A model generated the notes under the pieces. The model saw only the letters and a list, made by a program, of their open reading frames with translations, was not told the DNA's origin and did no database searches. Below, in pieces: positions 21,831-36,600 of a DNA stretch of 64,000 bases; the stretch's first letter is position 1; each line of letters starts with the position of its first letter. The position numbers and the translations under genes are program-made. The stretch is from Squalus acanthias (Eukaryota): NCBI GenBank assembly GCA_030390025.1, contig CM059432.1, positions 99,636,001-99,700,000 of the forward strand, given 5' to 3'.

Positions 21831-22984
21831 ATACGTCCCCCACTAGGCAATTTTCCCTCATAATGTGGGGTCATTAATGTAAGAATATAGGTATGTTTTT
21901 AAATTACTTTTATACAGAACAGGATAGACGCATGTAGATTATTAAATAAATAAGCTAGTTGGATAATATTGAAATTGAGCTAAATTGGTTGTTCGTATTA
22001 AAACAGATAGACTTTTAAAACAAAAGCTTTTGATCACAGCAGGGGAGGGGGAATGTAAGAAAGGAGATTACTGCAATATAAAAAGGCAATAGGTTGCTAT
22101 ACAGCATACATCAAAGGTTAGTACCATAGAGCTATGGCTCGGGAAAAGCAATAAAAGGAAGTAACAGTATGATATGAAAAGATATGAAGCCGCTCATCCC
22201 TATCTGGCAAAGAACTGGGGGGCCATAAAACACCCAATGGTGTTGCATCCAGCAGGAAGTAGAAAATGGCATAAAAAGAGATTCAAATTTTGATTCAGTA
22301 GGAACTTTGCTCTGCCGAGAAGACCAGGGTACGTCAATAGACTTGGATAAGCCATTCTCACGATTTACCCATAGACATTCACTGCACAGATGGTTTCAGA
22401 CCTGGTGCTAGATGTGTACTATTCTGTATGAAATGTTAATTGATGGATGTTTTGAAGCAAGAATAAATGAAATTAATTCTTAGACATATTACTGTCTTTA
22501 GCTTTATGAATCTGTTAAAAAGGATAAGGAAGGAATTATCTCAACAACTAACAGGTCCAGTGAATTTGTTATGGCTATTATGTGAGTAGTTCATTTTAAT
22601 TGTATATTGTATGGCCTTTCACCATCAATTACAATGTCACCTCTAAATTAAAATGGAGGGCTAAATACACTGATGTTATTTGTAAGCATGCAAATTTGAA
22701 AACACTAGACAGTAACTTAGTGAGGTCGATGAGTGAAAATTTTTAGCCTTTCTTCCAGGTACAGATAATTTATATATTATAGTAATACCCACGTCTATTG
22801 ACCTGTTGTCATTTTCTTTAATCTTAGGGAAAGGAAATAAACAGAAGAATATAAATGAAATGGCTCTAAACAATAGAAAATAACATAAGACGGATTTAGG
22901 TTATTGGTGGATAGCTCAATGAAACTGACAGTGCAATAAGGAAACCTAACCCGCTATTGAGAAGATAGACGGAGGGATGAGTAC

Positions 22985-23290
22985 AAACAACAACTACTTG
23001 CACTTCTATAACACCATTAACATAGAATCACATCTCAAGGTGCTTTGCAGAGTCATAATCAGACAGAATGGACACTGAGCAAAAAAAGGAGATAATAGGG
23101 GGATGACCAAAAGTTTGGCGAAAGAGGTGTGTTTTAAGGAGGGCCTTAAAGGAGGAAAGGGATGGGAAGAGGCAGAGGGCTTTAGAGAGGAAATTCCCAA
23201 GTGTGAGGCCTAGGCACTGAAGACGCAGTTGCTAATGGTGAGATGTAGGGAGGGAGAGATGCACTAGAAGCCAGTGTTGGAAGAGTCAAT
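22985..23290 (-). mobile_element. L2-type LINE 3' fragment
   Basis: caacaact..tgca..tata..caaggtgctttgcagag..ttttaaggagggccttaaagg pattern typical of reversed L2 3' ends. Confidence 0.55.
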
Positions 23291-23669
23291 AATGAGTCTC
23301 TACAAAGCACTAGTATGGCCATATTGAGGGTATTGTGTACAATTCTGGTTGTTGTACTATAGTGTGATATCTAGAATTGGAGGCAGTACAGAAAAGGGCA
23401 ACCAAACAATCTTATGCAGCGAGGGACCAGTGGCGTGTGAACAACCTGTAGTGTATAGAGGTTAGCTTCAATAGGACTTCAACCCGAGAGAGAGCTCAGA
23501 CTTGAGGAACAGTTGGCCTGAAATTATATATGAGAGGTTCAGCTGAGAGAAGTACAGTGAATTAATATTTTTTCAGTTGCGATTATAATCTTTATCTGTA
23601 TGGAATGTAAGATGTGGGCCATGGTACCCAGGGAACATTTGTCTGCATCAGGTACCAAAGAATGGAATG

Positions 23670-24095
23670 TAAAAAAAAGAAAGAAAGACTAGAGTTTATA
23701 TAGCGCCTTTCACAACCTCAGGACATCCCAAAGTGCTCTACAGCCAATGAAGTGCTTTTGAAGTGTAATCACTGTTGTACTGTAGGAAATGCAGCAGCCA
23801 ATTTGCACACAGCAAGGTCACACAGACAACAATGAAATAATGACCAGATAATCTGTTTTTAGCACTGTTGATTGAGAGATAAATATTGGCCAAGTCACTG
23901 GGGAGGACTCCACTTTTCTTCTTCAATAGTGCCATGGAATATTTTATGTCCACCTGAGAGGACAGGTCTAAAGCCTCATCCAAAAGACAGCACCTCCGAC
24001 AGTGCAGCTCTCCTTAGTACTACACTGAAGTGTCAGCCAGGATTTTTGAGCTCAGTTCTCTGGAGTGGCACTTGAATTCACAACCTTCTAACTCC
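23670..24095 (-). mobile_element. Deu-domain SINE
   Basis: Reverse-complement homolog of 21465-21830. Confidence 0.78.
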
Positions 24096-24313
24096 AGCTT
24101 AAGATTCCTGAAGTCTCTGCACTCTGCAACATCCAGGAAATTCAGGAATTCTGAAATGCAGGCCCCAGAGAGTGGTCACCCTACAGAGTCAGACAGATAG
24201 TTGAGTGAGAGAGGAGAATTTCAGGAAAGGACAAAAATGGATGACCATCCACAAAGAAATCAAGAAGAAACAGGAGATTCAGGAAACCCCCAGAGAGAGC
24301 AGGAAGAGACAAG

Positions 24314-25207
24314 GGGGGAAAAATTCAGTATCGCCCCATTTGGGGGGCAATTATCGGCCGGGCGCAAAGATTAGCGCCTGGTACTAATTATCGCCTCTGA
24401 CTGCAAACTTGGCTTTTATCGCCCCTGGAGGTGATTGGAGCGCTAAATCAGGCACTTCACACCTGTCTTAAGGCGCAAAGGCCGAGGAGCGAGGCACTAC
24501 CTCAGAGCGCTGGCGAAGCTCATGTGATGTCAGTCAGCAATGGAACACAGACACACTGGCGCCGGCCAGTTCTAAAAGGGGAGGGTTGATCTTGCTCTCC
24601 ATCCACATCCTGCTCATTGCAGCCTTGAATCTCGGCCTGGAGAGACCTGTACATCAAATCTGCTTGAAAGAACAATGGAGAGAAACAGGGAAAGATCACA
24701 GAGTGCAGCCCCCACAGTCTCTTCTAAATCGATACAAGGAAGAGCAAATCAAAATGAACCTGCAAAGTGCTGCTCAGTACCCAAAACTCCTTCACACAGT
24801 GTTGAATCTCACCAGAAGTCTCTCTCTCCCTCTCTCAGAATGCGTGGTGCAAAAATGTCACCAACAAAAAAAGGCAGGAAGCATTCACCTTTAAATAGCG
24901 CTCCCCCAGTCCCTTCCTGACTGCAAAACGCTCCCCTCAACCTGTTGTTGCTAGCGGCAGGCAGTAAGGCAGGGGGCGCCACTCAATATCCGGTCCGGGG
25001 CGCTACCGGGGCATTGCGCACTCGACTGATGTCACGATCTGCCGGTGCAGGAGATTGTGGCGGTAGTGTTTTGCGCCGCCACAAAATGTCTAGTTAATTT
25101 TGTGAGTGGCGCAAACATCGCCGCGCACAGGCACTAGTTGCTTTGCGCCCCATTAGTGCCCTCTTAAGGCGCTAACGGGAGGCGTAAACCAACTGAACTT
25201 TTCCCCC
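24314..25207. mobile_element. PIF/Harbinger-type MITE family B, copy 2
   Basis: TIR GGGGGAAAAATTCAGT/ACTGAACTTTTCCCCC; perfect 3-bp TSD AAG. Confidence 0.9.
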
Positions 25208-25483
25208 AAGGAATGCTGGAAACCCCAAGAGGAAATAGGAACAGATAGGAGGTGCAGGAGAGCTTAGGTTCCTGGACCTGTCTAATAGCTCCATGGTTTT
25301 GGATAGCGATCAGGAGCACAGTAACAGTGAGATGGGCAGAGTAGTACTGATTAACATTGCAACATGTGGTGAAAGGGCTACATAAGGTGTGAAAGGGAAT
25401 GTTGGAAAGGAGAAGCTGAAGGTAGCTATAATAAAGTATTCAATACATTGAGGCATAGATAGCAGACTTTGTAGCCATGCATC

Positions 25484-27183
25484 TGTAAGGGTTTTTTGTC
25501 TCTCAGCCTGTGAGATTCGTGTGGCTCTGTGCAGCCCGGGTGCTAGTGCGGGTTTAGGCCTTGTTGCCTGTTCTGGTCTCCAGCCAGTCTGGGAGCACTA
25601 TACACACCTGTGAGTGGTTCGACCCACTCGCCCTTACGGTTCTAGACACTGGACTTAGATGCGAGAGCAATAATGGAGATGAAACTCAGGTAGACTCGGT
25701 TGAATGGTACGAAATGGAAAATCTTTATTGCATATTATTTAAGATTACGAAATACATGTCATAAGCACAGATTAATGACAGTACAATCTTACACGAAGTT
25801 ATGTAATTAATTTCAGGGAAACGAGGAACGAACGACACACCGTAAATGGGGGCACACATTACAATTATCCTTAATACTTAAAACCCTCCCCTATCAATAT
25901 CTGTCCTAAGCTAGATTCGTAGGATTCGAGACTCATGCTCACCACTCGTGATAACTCGGAGAATTCCGAAAACTCTGATCGGATGTTTTTCACCGCAGCG
26001 CCCACGTGTCGATCAGGGGGTCTCCTGGCCCCACTTGTTTACTCGTTTCTGCTCCGGCTAGCAGGCTGGAACGTCTGCTGTCATGAAGATCTGTGTTGTC
26101 CTCGCAGTTCCGACTCTACTCAAAAAAAGAGTCTTCCTGTGCCCTCGCACTGATGCGATAAAATTCGAAGAAGAGTCTTCCTGGGCAAGGAAAGTGTCTA
26201 TTCGACCTACAGGCGCGGTCGGAGCTTACTGACCGTGGCGATAAGTATGGTCTTCTTCTCTTCTCATCTCATCTCATCTCATCTCATCTCATCTCGGGCC
26301 TTCGGTTCCAACACCGTTTACCGACTTATCGGGATGGTGCGCCCGCTTCAAGGCTTCAGAGCCCAGTTCTACACATGTCTTCGCGACACGACACGAGGTA
26401 GATCCGAGCGGATCGTAAAGTTCAACAGTCTTTTGAAAAGAGACACGAGGCAAGCAGGAACAAGACGGCGAGTCAAGAGCAGCCACGAGGATAAACACCA
26501 GCAAGATAAGAGTCAACCGAATAAGAGTCAAGAGCATAAGAGTCAAGAGAAAGATGGACGGTTTGGAGCTTGTAATTATAGTGCAAAATCTTCCGTTTCC
26601 CGCCCAACCTTAATGTCTTTCCTTTTGTTAGGGTTTGGCGCTCAAATGTCTTGTATAGGGTGATCTTCATTTTAATGGGTTTCGGGGCTACTCGTAATTG
26701 TCTGAGTACCTGTTAATATTTCTCCCATTGTTTAATCGGTCGGTGTTCTCCCTGGAGGGGTTTTGGGGCTACCAAGTGTTTTCTGTAACTACCCGCTAAT
26801 GGCTCTCTCATCGTAGAGTCGTTGGGATTTTACATATTAATGTCTTTGGATGGGTTCTTGATTACTTGGTACAACAGCCCTCATTCGCACCTGGGAGACC
26901 GATTTCAGTATTTATGTGTATACTGTGAACCCATGATGTCTCGTGTATTATCTTCAATGTGCTGAGTCTTAATCGATCTTGCACAAATGTTTACTGGAAC
27001 GCCATCTTGTCTGCCTGTTGAAAAGTCTAGAATGTTCTGCCACGAGGCGCGGCGGCCATTTTACAAGCTGCTTGTGTCCACTTTGAAAACCTGACAGCAT
27101 TCTGCTGAAATAAAAGCTGTTTGAACGAAAACTATGTGTTCTTCTCCTTATTAATAAAATCGCGATATATTGCGAATTCTACA
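25484..27183 (-). mobile_element. Long solo LTR (1700 bp), distant relative of the other long LTRs
   Basis: TGTAAG...CTACA; perfect 4-bp TSD CATC inside CR1 ORF1; minus-strand TATAATT ~26575 and AATAAA ~25724; shared U5 hairpin and promoter motif. Confidence 0.87.
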
Positions 27184-29774
27184 CATCCTGCATGGTTTGT
27201 TGCCTCCCTGGTGCCAAGGTGAGGGATGTCATTTAATGGCTATTTTCTGGGAATGGAATAGGAACAACCAGTGGTAATGGTGCATGCAGGAAATGACAGA
27301 ATAGGAAAGAATAGGTTAGAACTCCTACATTCAGATTTTTAGAAGCTAGTTGCTAGATTAAATTAAAGAAAAAACCTCTATACAGGGTAGGATTAGACAG
27401 GCTAGAAACATAGAGAAAGATTTAAATTTTTAGGGCATTGGGCGAAGGCTTTTGGGATATGGAGAGGGTGTACAAGTGAGGTGATCATCACTTGAACCAT
27501 ACTTACACCAATATATTGGCAGAGACGGTAAATAAATCATAGAATCATTGAATGATACAGCACAAAATGAGGCCATTCAGCCCATAGTGCCTGTGCTGGC
27601 TCTTTGAAAGAGCTATCCAATTAATCTCACTCCCCTGCTCTTTCCCCATTGTCCTGCATTTTCTTTTCCTTTTTATGGATATATCTGGTTCCCTTTTGAA
27701 AGTTACTATTGAATCTGCTTCCACCAGCCTTTAAGGCATTACATTTCAGTTGGGGTGGATTTAAACTAGTATGACAGGGTTGGGTGGATTTAAACTAGTA
27801 TGTAAGGGGGAAGGATATTTAAAGATCAGGAAACAGATCGAGTAGAACTGAATTACACCGTGAGCACGTTGAAAATAAGGACTGAGTGTAGATAGTCATG
27901 AGCAGAGATTAAGATCAGTGAGAATGCTGGGGAGGACTGCATCAAGGAATGGAGGTATGTGTCCTGAAATAATATACACGAATACAAGGAGCATTAAGAA
28001 TAAATTAGGTGATCCAGAGCTACGTGCTGGAGACAAGAATTATGAACCTAGATTTTTTGCCTTTCTGTCATCAGGGTTTCCCTTCCATCCAGCATAGTAG
28101 TGACACAAATGGAGGTAAATATGTCAGAGATTATTTTCCCTAATTTGCATTTAGTTTCAATATATATGCCCATATATTTGGCAGGCATACTGCCTGCAAA
28201 TGGGCCCAGGGAACAGTAAATGGCACAGCAACGGGAGGAGCATGTCCAAAACCAATTTTCCATCCTGCCTGCTGCAGATCCCCATAAAATTGGTAGCGGT
28301 AGGTTAAAAATCCAGCGCCATGATATAGGGATTACGGAGTTGTGGTTAAATAAGGACACAGGGTGGAAGGTACGTCTCATCGGTTATAGATTGATATGTA
28401 TGGATAGAGAAAATTGTGGCGAGCGTGTTGCTTTTAATGTAAAATATAATATAAAGGTAAGAGGAATAATTGAACAAGGATGTAGTACAGACAAGGTAGA
28501 GGCACTATGGATTAAGATAATAAAGAGAAGTTAGTTGCAGGAATCTGTTACAAGTCACTGTGCAAACAGATTAGAGTGGTATCTTTGAGTGTAAATATGA
28601 ATGTCATGGAGGATTTTAGTTTAGGAATTAATGAGGAGAACAATAGTGGGAGCAGGAACGGAGAAATTTACTTCCTGGACATGGTCATGAACTGATTTTT
28701 GACACAGCTATTTAAGGACGTGTCTTTGGATCTAGCTTTATGTATCAAACCAGGGATGATTGAGCAAGTTAAGGTCAGGGAACATCTTGGAAACTGTCCA
28801 TAACATAATTGAGTTTGGTTTCAGACTCACCACTGTAATGTAAAGCACAGACTCTTAATTTTAGAAAGGCAGACTTTTTGGCATAAGGAAAAAACTAATG
28901 GAGTTGAACGGGCATCGATTGTTAGAGAGAAAACAACTTGAGGAGAAATAGTGCATTTTTAAATGCATAATGCAGTAAATACAAAGTCAATTTATACCAC
29001 TGAGCAAGAAACATAATAAGAGAGCCTATGTGGGCAACAAAGGATATAATGCAGGAATAAGAACAAAAAAGAGGATGTTCCTCAAAGATAGATCTTCAGG
29101 TTCAGTGGTAGGCAGACAGGAGTCTAAAGATAGGGTGAAGACTGAAGAAACTGTGTAAACAGCCAAAAATAGACATTGAGATTAGAATTGCAAGGTCATC
29201 GAAAACAATATAAAAGTATAAGTACATCCATCATAAATAGTTTATTTTCATTAGTGTTTATGGAAGAAACTGGAAGTGAGGTTTGATTTTCTGGGAAATG
29301 AGGAGGAAATTTTAAGGATAATAAGAAGTGATAGGTTTGTTGAAAGTACTGAAAGTGGATAAGACCTTAGGGCTGGAAGTCTGCACACAATGACATTTAA
29401 GGAAATGCTGAAAAAGTTGACCTTGTTCTGATGGGAATGTTTAGGGAATCATTAGAATTGGGAGTTGTACAAATGAATTGGAGAAATGGGAACATTGCAC
29501 CTATCTTTAATAAAGGGCAAAAGGAGCATGGACATTATAGGCTGGTAAGCCTGTCAACTGTCATAGGTAAAATGACAAATGCTACCCTGAAAAAGAGTAT
29601 TGTGAAACACCTGAAGCAGTAGGAAGTCATCAGGGCAAGTGAGCATGGCATTATGGGAGAAGATCATACTTGAAAAGCCTGTTAGAATTCTTTCAGGAGT
29701 TATTGGAGGCCAAGGAAAAAGGGAACTTCATGGACATTGTTTATCTGGACTTCAGCAAAGTTATTGATGTAGTA

Positions 29775-30110
29775 AAAAAAAAGGAACTTGCATTTATATA
29801 GCATCTTTCACATCCTACAGATATACCAAAGAAGTGCTGTAATATAGGCAAACATGGCAACAATTTGTACACAGCAAGTTATCATAAACAGCAATGAGAT
29901 AAATTAACAGATAATCTGTTTTTAGTGGTGTTGGTTGAGGGATAAATGTTGGCCAGGACACTGGGAGAACTCCACGACTCATCTTCAAATAGCACCATTT
30001 GATCTTTTACGTCTGCCTGAGAGGGCAGAAGGGGCCTTAGTTTAACATCTCATCTGAAAGATGACACCTCCAACAGTGCAGCACTAGATTAAGCACTCAA
30101 GTCTCTAGAC
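29775..30110 (-). mobile_element. Deu-domain SINE
   Basis: Homologous to 23670-24095. Confidence 0.75.
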
Positions 30111-31349
30111 AAAGGCCCATAGGTAGAAAAGCATGAAATAGGTGGAAAGTTATTGAAGTGGATTGGCAATAGCTGCAGCAAAGGAGACAGGATGGTCAAG
30201 CAAAGAGCTATGTTGGAGTTGCAGGAAGTAACTACTTGAGTGTCCCAAGGACCAGCACTAGGAGCTTTGCTATTTTACATTGTATATCAATGAGTGAAGT
30301 GAGAATAGACTTAAAAAATTGTCAACATTTTCCAATGACAAAAATGTGGGGATGGGGTAGTTGATCAGTTACAGAGGGATCTGGACAGATTGGGAAGCTG
30401 GGATGAGAAATGGCAAATTAAATTCAATGTCAACAAATGAAAGGTCAGGGAAAAATAATAAGCAGTGCACCTGGAATCTCTGTGGGGTGCAACAATGGGA
30501 GATCAATGGGGCGCCTGAAGAAACATAGTAAACAATTGAAAACAGCCATGTATGCTGATTCTCCGGGAGCTGTGCCAATCTGCCATTGAAGTTACAACAG
30601 GAGATCAGGAGAACTCTGCAGAAATTCAGTGCTGGAGCTGTAAACTCAATGCTGTTAGTCTATGAAATACAGCACAGACAAACAATTTTGGGATGTTAGT
30701 GGACAGATCATAAAAACTGATTGCTCAATGTGCAGCAACAGGAAATAAGGCAAATAGGATCTTGGGTTGCACAGCGCATGGAATCATAGGAAATGACTCT
30801 GTGTCTATACAGAGCACTAGTTTGTCCCCATCTGGAATACTGTGTGCAGCTCTGGTCACAAAGACATCATGGCACTGGGGAAAAAAATCAGCATGTGGGT
30901 ACCCATCTTATATGAGATCAAAAAGCTGAGCTGCAAAGAGAAACTCCATTAGTTGAGTTTGTTTGAATTAGAGAAAAGACTGACAACATATCTTATTGAG
31001 ATAATCAAGCTCTTTAAGATAATTGGCAAGTTGAACACTGAGAAACTGTTTAATATGTCCCAGAGAATTACAATGAGGGTACATGGGATTATATTCAGAA
31101 GAGGGAAGGTGAATGGACAGATCAGATATAACTATTTCACAGAAAGAGTGGTGATTGTTTAAAATGGACTGCTCAAGGAAGTGATCAAGGCTGATAACAT
31201 CAGTAATCTTAATAGGGAGTTGGACAGGCTATTAGCAAGAAAATCAATTCAAGGATAAAAGTAATGAACTAAATATATTCTGTTTTTGAACTCTAAACAG
31301 ATGGACCAGGCTGGTCTTTTCCAGTCCTGTATATTTCTATAATAGCTAG

Positions 31350-31740
31350 CTAGCTCTGACCTATGAGGAGTTTAAAGAGGCTGGAATTGTTTATTCTAGA
31401 GAACAGAAGGCTCAGGGGAGATATCATTCAAGTATTCAACATCCTTAAGAAAAGGCATAAATTGAACCTCAATAATATCTTCAAGAGTGCCACAAACTCT
31501 AGAACGAGGAGACAAGGGCTCAAAGTTAGATGAGGGAAATTCACAGCCAGTTTAGATTTAAGTACTTCATGCAGACTATGGTAAACATGTGAAATGGACT
31601 GCCCAGGAAGGCCGTGGAGCCAGATAGTGTGGAAAAATTTAAAGTGAAATTGGGGAACTGAGTGATTGAGGAGGATTAATATTTGGAAAACAGATCAGAT
31701 GGACTGCAAATTGTTTTCCAGTTCTGTGCTTTTCTATGTT
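31350..31740 (+). mobile_element. Old CR1 3' fragment
   Basis: TYEE.L..LELFILENRRLRGD-like end of ORF2. Confidence 0.65.
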
Positions 31741-32499
31741 CCTCTGAGCAACTTGACAAAATCACAAGCAGAGCCACACTAATACATGGGACTGATTTCC
31801 ATATAATGGTGCAATTCAGTTCTTAATGGTTAGATACTGGTGCAAATATCATCAGATTGGTAGTGTGCCAATATGACACAATGGGGATGATTTTCATCTC
31901 ATTATCGCCCTGTTTGCGCTCAAAAAACAAGTGGTAGAAGACCCAAAATTAAGCAGCTTCTAATCCACCCATTTACCATTGTTTTGACATCTATTCCAGT
32001 TTTCAGGCGGACCTGAATCTTGGCTTACATCATTTGGAAAGGCTGAAAAGGCACTTCAACCCATTGGACGTCTTTGCCAAGGCTGAAGGGGTACAGGCTA
32101 AGAAGTGATAGGCAAAGATGAAGGGAAAGGAAAACCAATATTCAGGCGCAAGTCTGCAGGAAACTAATGAGGTAGCCCACCACCTGACTCCCTGTTTTAT
32201 GGCCACTGAGATGGAGGTGGTACTGCATGAATCATTCGTGACGAAGGTGATTCTGTCTGCCATTTCACACCGCCATCCCCATAAGGAGATGGAGGCAGAT
32301 TGAAGGTCACAGTTGATCATTACTGTCACTGGTAGTGCTAATCCTTTACTGTGTGTTAGATGTAGGTGCATTTTCAAGAATACTTAAATGGAGGAAGGCA
32401 AATTTCAGTGGGGTGAGAACAGATCTGGCCCAGGTAAATTGGAATCAAAGATTGGCAGGCAAAACTGTAATCGAACAATGAGCCAGATGATGATGAACC

Positions 32500-32783
32500 A
32501 GACTTAAGGAGATTGGCAAACGAACCAAAGGTGACATGAGGAAAAGCTTTTTTACGCAGTGAGTGGTTAGGATCTGGAATGCACTGCCTGAAAGGGTGGT
32601 GGAGGCAGACTCAATCATATCTTTCAAAAGGGAATTGGATAAGTACCTGAAGGAAAAAAAATTGCAGGGCTACGGGGAAAGGGCGGGGGAGTGGGACTAG
32701 CTGAAGTGCTCTTGCAGTGAGCCGGCATGGGCTCAACGGGCCAATTGGCCTCCTTCTATGCTGTAACCATTCTATGATTCTAT
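32500..32783 (+). mobile_element. CR1 3' end
   Basis: FFTQ.VVRIWNALP; ATTCTATG tail repeats. Confidence 0.85.
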
Positions 32784-33456
32784 GGGCCAGATTTTCATTG
32801 ACCCGTGGAGGTGGGTTTGGAGGCGTGTGGGGGGTTAAAATTGCGAAAACTGGCGGGCGGGCACAAGCTCGCCTCCATCCTGCCTCCACGCAATTTTCAT
32901 TAAATCGTGTCTGCTGGTCCCGACTCCGTCCCGCCTCTAAGAGGCGGGATAGGCTGTTAAGGCCCTTAACAAGCACTAAATTGCCTTTATAATGCCATTT
33001 TGAAAGGCCTTTGTGATTTTAACCCTTTTTCTACGTGAAGCACACCTGTTCTGAACCACAAATGTGAAACCTGGCGGGAGCACATTTGGCTGGCTGGATG
33101 GATGGATGGATGACATATCTGGGAGTGGTGGTGGATGGGAGTCATATCTGGGAGTGGTGGTGCAAAAATATCTGGGAGCAGACTTAGGGCTGCTGTTGCT
33201 CATTTTGCATCCAGGTCCTCTCACAGCAAAGGCCAGGCAGTCTTTGCAGACCTTCAATGCAGCAGCAATGATGACATCATCAGAGGCGACTTTCAGACTG
33301 AAAACACTAATTGGGTCATGGGTTCCCACATGCTGGAACTCAATTGCCCAATTAGGTGAAAATCGCATCAATCTCCCACATCCAATTGCAGTCGAGTAGA
33401 TAACACGAAAAGTGGATGACACGAGCCCAACCCGCCCCAGTATCAAAATCCAGCCC
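32784..33456. mobile_element. PIF/Harbinger-type MITE family A, copy 2
   Basis: TIR GGGCCAGATTTT/AAAATCCAGCCC; perfect TSD TAT. Confidence 0.9.
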
Positions 33457-34589
33457 TATGATTCAGCAAAAAGCACAACTTTGCTTCTCCTCTCCATCAA
33501 CGTGCATACAGTGAAGATAGTTCCTCAAGTTTGATGCCCAGCGGATGCAACTTCATCTGAAGTTGGACCAGTGTTATCTTGTCCAATACAGCCCATTAGG
33601 CTATGCTAGCTGTTGGTTGCCCTGGTTTGTCATCTTTCATGCAGAGCCACTGAAAGCATGACATACTCTTGAGCATTACATTTGGTCAGGCCTTCACATA
33701 TATTGTCTGTATCATCAGGCCTGCTGTCACAGCTTACTTTGACAGGAGGATCCTCCACATGTACCAATAGTCTGGCAAAGTGAGATATATGCAACTGTGA
33801 CCATGAATGTGGTTGTGAGGGTACTAGCAGGTGGGCACGGAATATCTTTGGTGCAGCCTAACCCTGATGACATTCCTCTGCTAGCCTTCCTTCTCATCCT
33901 CCAAAAAGTTCATATCTATGGGAGTTCCCATTGGGAATCTCATTGATGACACTAATAATGCTGTAGGGAAAAACAAGGAACAACAGAGCACTAACCACGT
34001 GGCACCAATGCTCTGTATACCCTTATCTGTAATACTTTCAATATCATGCATTCTGTGCCCAGCCATAATGACTTTTTTTCAGTTCTCCATTTTCAGGTAG
34101 ATCAATTTTTAATTTTTCTTCCCATCAGCAAAGGGCCCCTATTCCTGTTATTTAACTTGAAACAGCAGACTCTGCAGCATTGTCATGAGTTACTCAATAA
34201 CTAAGAACTCCAGTACTGGAGCCTGTTAAAGTTTCCTTGTAGCATTTCTTGCTGAAGTTGTATGCACCAAAGTACAAGGTTCCACTTCTCAGGTCTCAAA
34301 ACAACTTTTAATATTCATGAGAACTTCCAATCATTACACTTGTACTTTCAACTCAGCCACAACTTGCTTACATTTGCAATGTACAAACGCACCAGTCTTC
34401 CATCACTGTCAGTCTGAATAAACATTTTCACATTCCCTAACTTCAACTTCTCATAAATTACCCCCATTATCATTGGTAATATAGTACACTTTTGACTTGG
34501 GGGTAATGTTCAAACTGTAACTTAGAATAATATTAATGTGCCAGGACTAATGCTAGCATTACTTGTTTTAAAGTGAGTATGAGTTATTG

Positions 34590-35381
34590 CTTTTTTTTTA
34601 TTCATTCATGGGGTGTGGGTGCTACTGGCAAGGCCAGCATTTATTGCCCATTCCTAATTGCCCTGGAGAAGGTGGTGGTGAGCCACCTCTTGAACCGCTG
34701 CAGTCCGTGTGGTGAAGATACTCCCATAGTGCTGTTAGGTAGGGAGTTCCAGGATTTAGACCCAGCAACGATGAAGGAATGGTGATATATCTCCAAGTCA
34801 GGATGGTGTGTGACTTGGAGGGGAACTTGCAGTTGGTGGTGTTCCTATGTTCCAGATGCCCTTGTCCTTCTAGATGCTAGAGGTCATGGGTTTGGGAGGT
34901 GCTGTCGAAGAAGCCTTGGTGAGTTGCTGCAGTACATCTTGTAGATGGTACACACTGCAGCCACAGTGCGCCGGTAGTGGAGGGATTGAATGTTTAAGGT
35001 GGTGGATAGGGTGCCAATCAAGTGGGCACTTTTTCCTGGATTGTGTGGAGTTTCTTGAGCGTTGTTGGAGCTACACTCATCCAGACAAGTGGAGAGTATT
35101 CTAACACACTCCAGACTTGTCCCTTGAAGATGGTGGAAAGGCTTTGCGGAGTCAGGAGGTGAGTCACTTGCCACAGAATACCCAGCCTCTGATCTGCTCT
35201 TGTAACCACAGTATTTATGTGGCTGGTCCAGTTAAGTTTCTGGCCAATGGTGACCTCCAGGATGTTGATGGTGGGGGATTTGGTGATGGTAATGCCATTG
35301 AATGTCAAGGGGAGGTGACTAACTCTCTATTGTTGGAGATGGTCATTGCCTGGCACTTGTGTGGCGTGAATGTTACTTGCA
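34590..35381 (-). mobile_element. 5'-truncated CR1-superfamily LINE (second family), RT C-terminus and 3' end
   Basis: KLNWTSHINTV..QVWSVLEYSPLVW..SLHYRRTVAAVCTIYKM. Confidence 0.85.
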
Positions 35382-35879
35382 TGGGAGAAAACAATTCATG
35401 TTACTGAATACTACACAATCTTATAGAACTGTGCAATTCATTAACATTAAAAAATATATATTATTTCAATAGAGAAAATAGAAAACAACACAAGCAGGAA
35501 AGTTTTCTTTTATCTCTGTGTATAACACAACTGTAAACCTGTTTAGGAAGAACAGATATGCCATTTTGTTACACATAAAGCACGGAGGAAATTATCCCCC
35601 AATAAAGGAAATGTGATTGTAATTTGTTGCAGGTAAATTCAACATTGCCCACTTGTGATGACACGTTGCTGATGATAATGTACCATGGAGGTTATTTAAC
35701 AACACAAAGTAAAACAGAATGAGCCACTAATGTTTATGGATTATGTCAATCATGGGCTTTGGCCCATCAGAACATTTTGAATGGATGATAACTTATGCAT
35801 ATCCTACTTCATGTCAATTCCTTCTGTGCAGATTTATTTTAATGACCTGTTCTTTGCTCCAAAAATTGAATTTTAATTG

Positions 35880-36600
35880 GCTATACTTGCCATCGTCTGC
35901 CCCACCCAAACTGCTGCCGTGGCATAATGGCCTTGATCACCAAATCACAAGTCATTCCCCGGCTCTTCTGGTAATTTCTCCTCTTTTAAACACCTCACCT
36001 TGGGTTCCACTCCTCTTAACTTGCCTTCAAAATTCTGGCTCTCTACCACCCCTCAAGCCCCACCCCAAGTTTTACACCAATATATTCTACCTCTTTGCCT
36101 CCCTCATTCTTGTTGCGCTGAACAACTCCTCATTCGTGAAGATTTCAATCTTCATCTCAACTCACCTTGCCCTCTGTCCTCTGATTTCACTGTCTTCTTG
36201 TCCTACCTTAAACTCTTGCTCCATATAAACTCTCCTTCCCATATTCACAGACAGCTCCTCAAACTTGCCAACTCATTATACTCCCATGGTCTTGATCACA
36301 GAGAAGGGATCCTCGACCACTTCTTTGTATCCCTCACCACCCACATCCACCTATCCCCTCAGGCCCATTTCCTTCTGCTTCTACCCCAGGAAAATCACTC
36401 TCCCCCAAATAATTTGCAATCGCATTTTTAAGGTGCCCTTGACACTCCATTCATCTCAATACTTCTGAAGCTGTTGATCATCTCAACCAATCCCTCACCT
36501 TCACCTTTGCTGCTCTCGTCCTCAGAAAAACATTTATTCTCTCTAACCCTGGTCAATCCCTTTGCATGAACACGCAGACAATCTGTGTCCTCGCTGACAA
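35880..36600 (+). mobile_element. L2-type LINE endonuclease fragment
   Basis: C-rich; EDFNLHLN..HINSPSH..LDHFFV are decayed APE motifs (GDFN, SDH). Confidence 0.6.

Larger units (their letters stand above)
25260..31340 (+). mobile_element. Old, heavily degraded near-full-length CR1 LINE with several younger insertions
   Basis: ORF1 esterase remnants (CCLPGAKVRD at ~27198), APE (DIGITELWL), RT (NIAPIFNKG..YRLVSL; YLDFSK; YFTERVV). Confidence 0.75.

Noticed and set aside
26235..26663. 142-aa ORF and other ORFs inside the long LTRs as accessory genes
   Set aside because: They have non-ATG or antisense starts, are low-complexity, and are not shared between LTR copies.
27750..27803. Short tandem duplication TGGATTTAAACTAGTATG
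   Set aside because: It is a local duplication at the ORF1 end of an old CR1, with no sign of function.
33600..34420. Possible minus-strand host exon (acceptor at ~33961) or old transposase remnant
   Set aside because: All frames stop soon after the acceptor and no recognisable protein is encoded.
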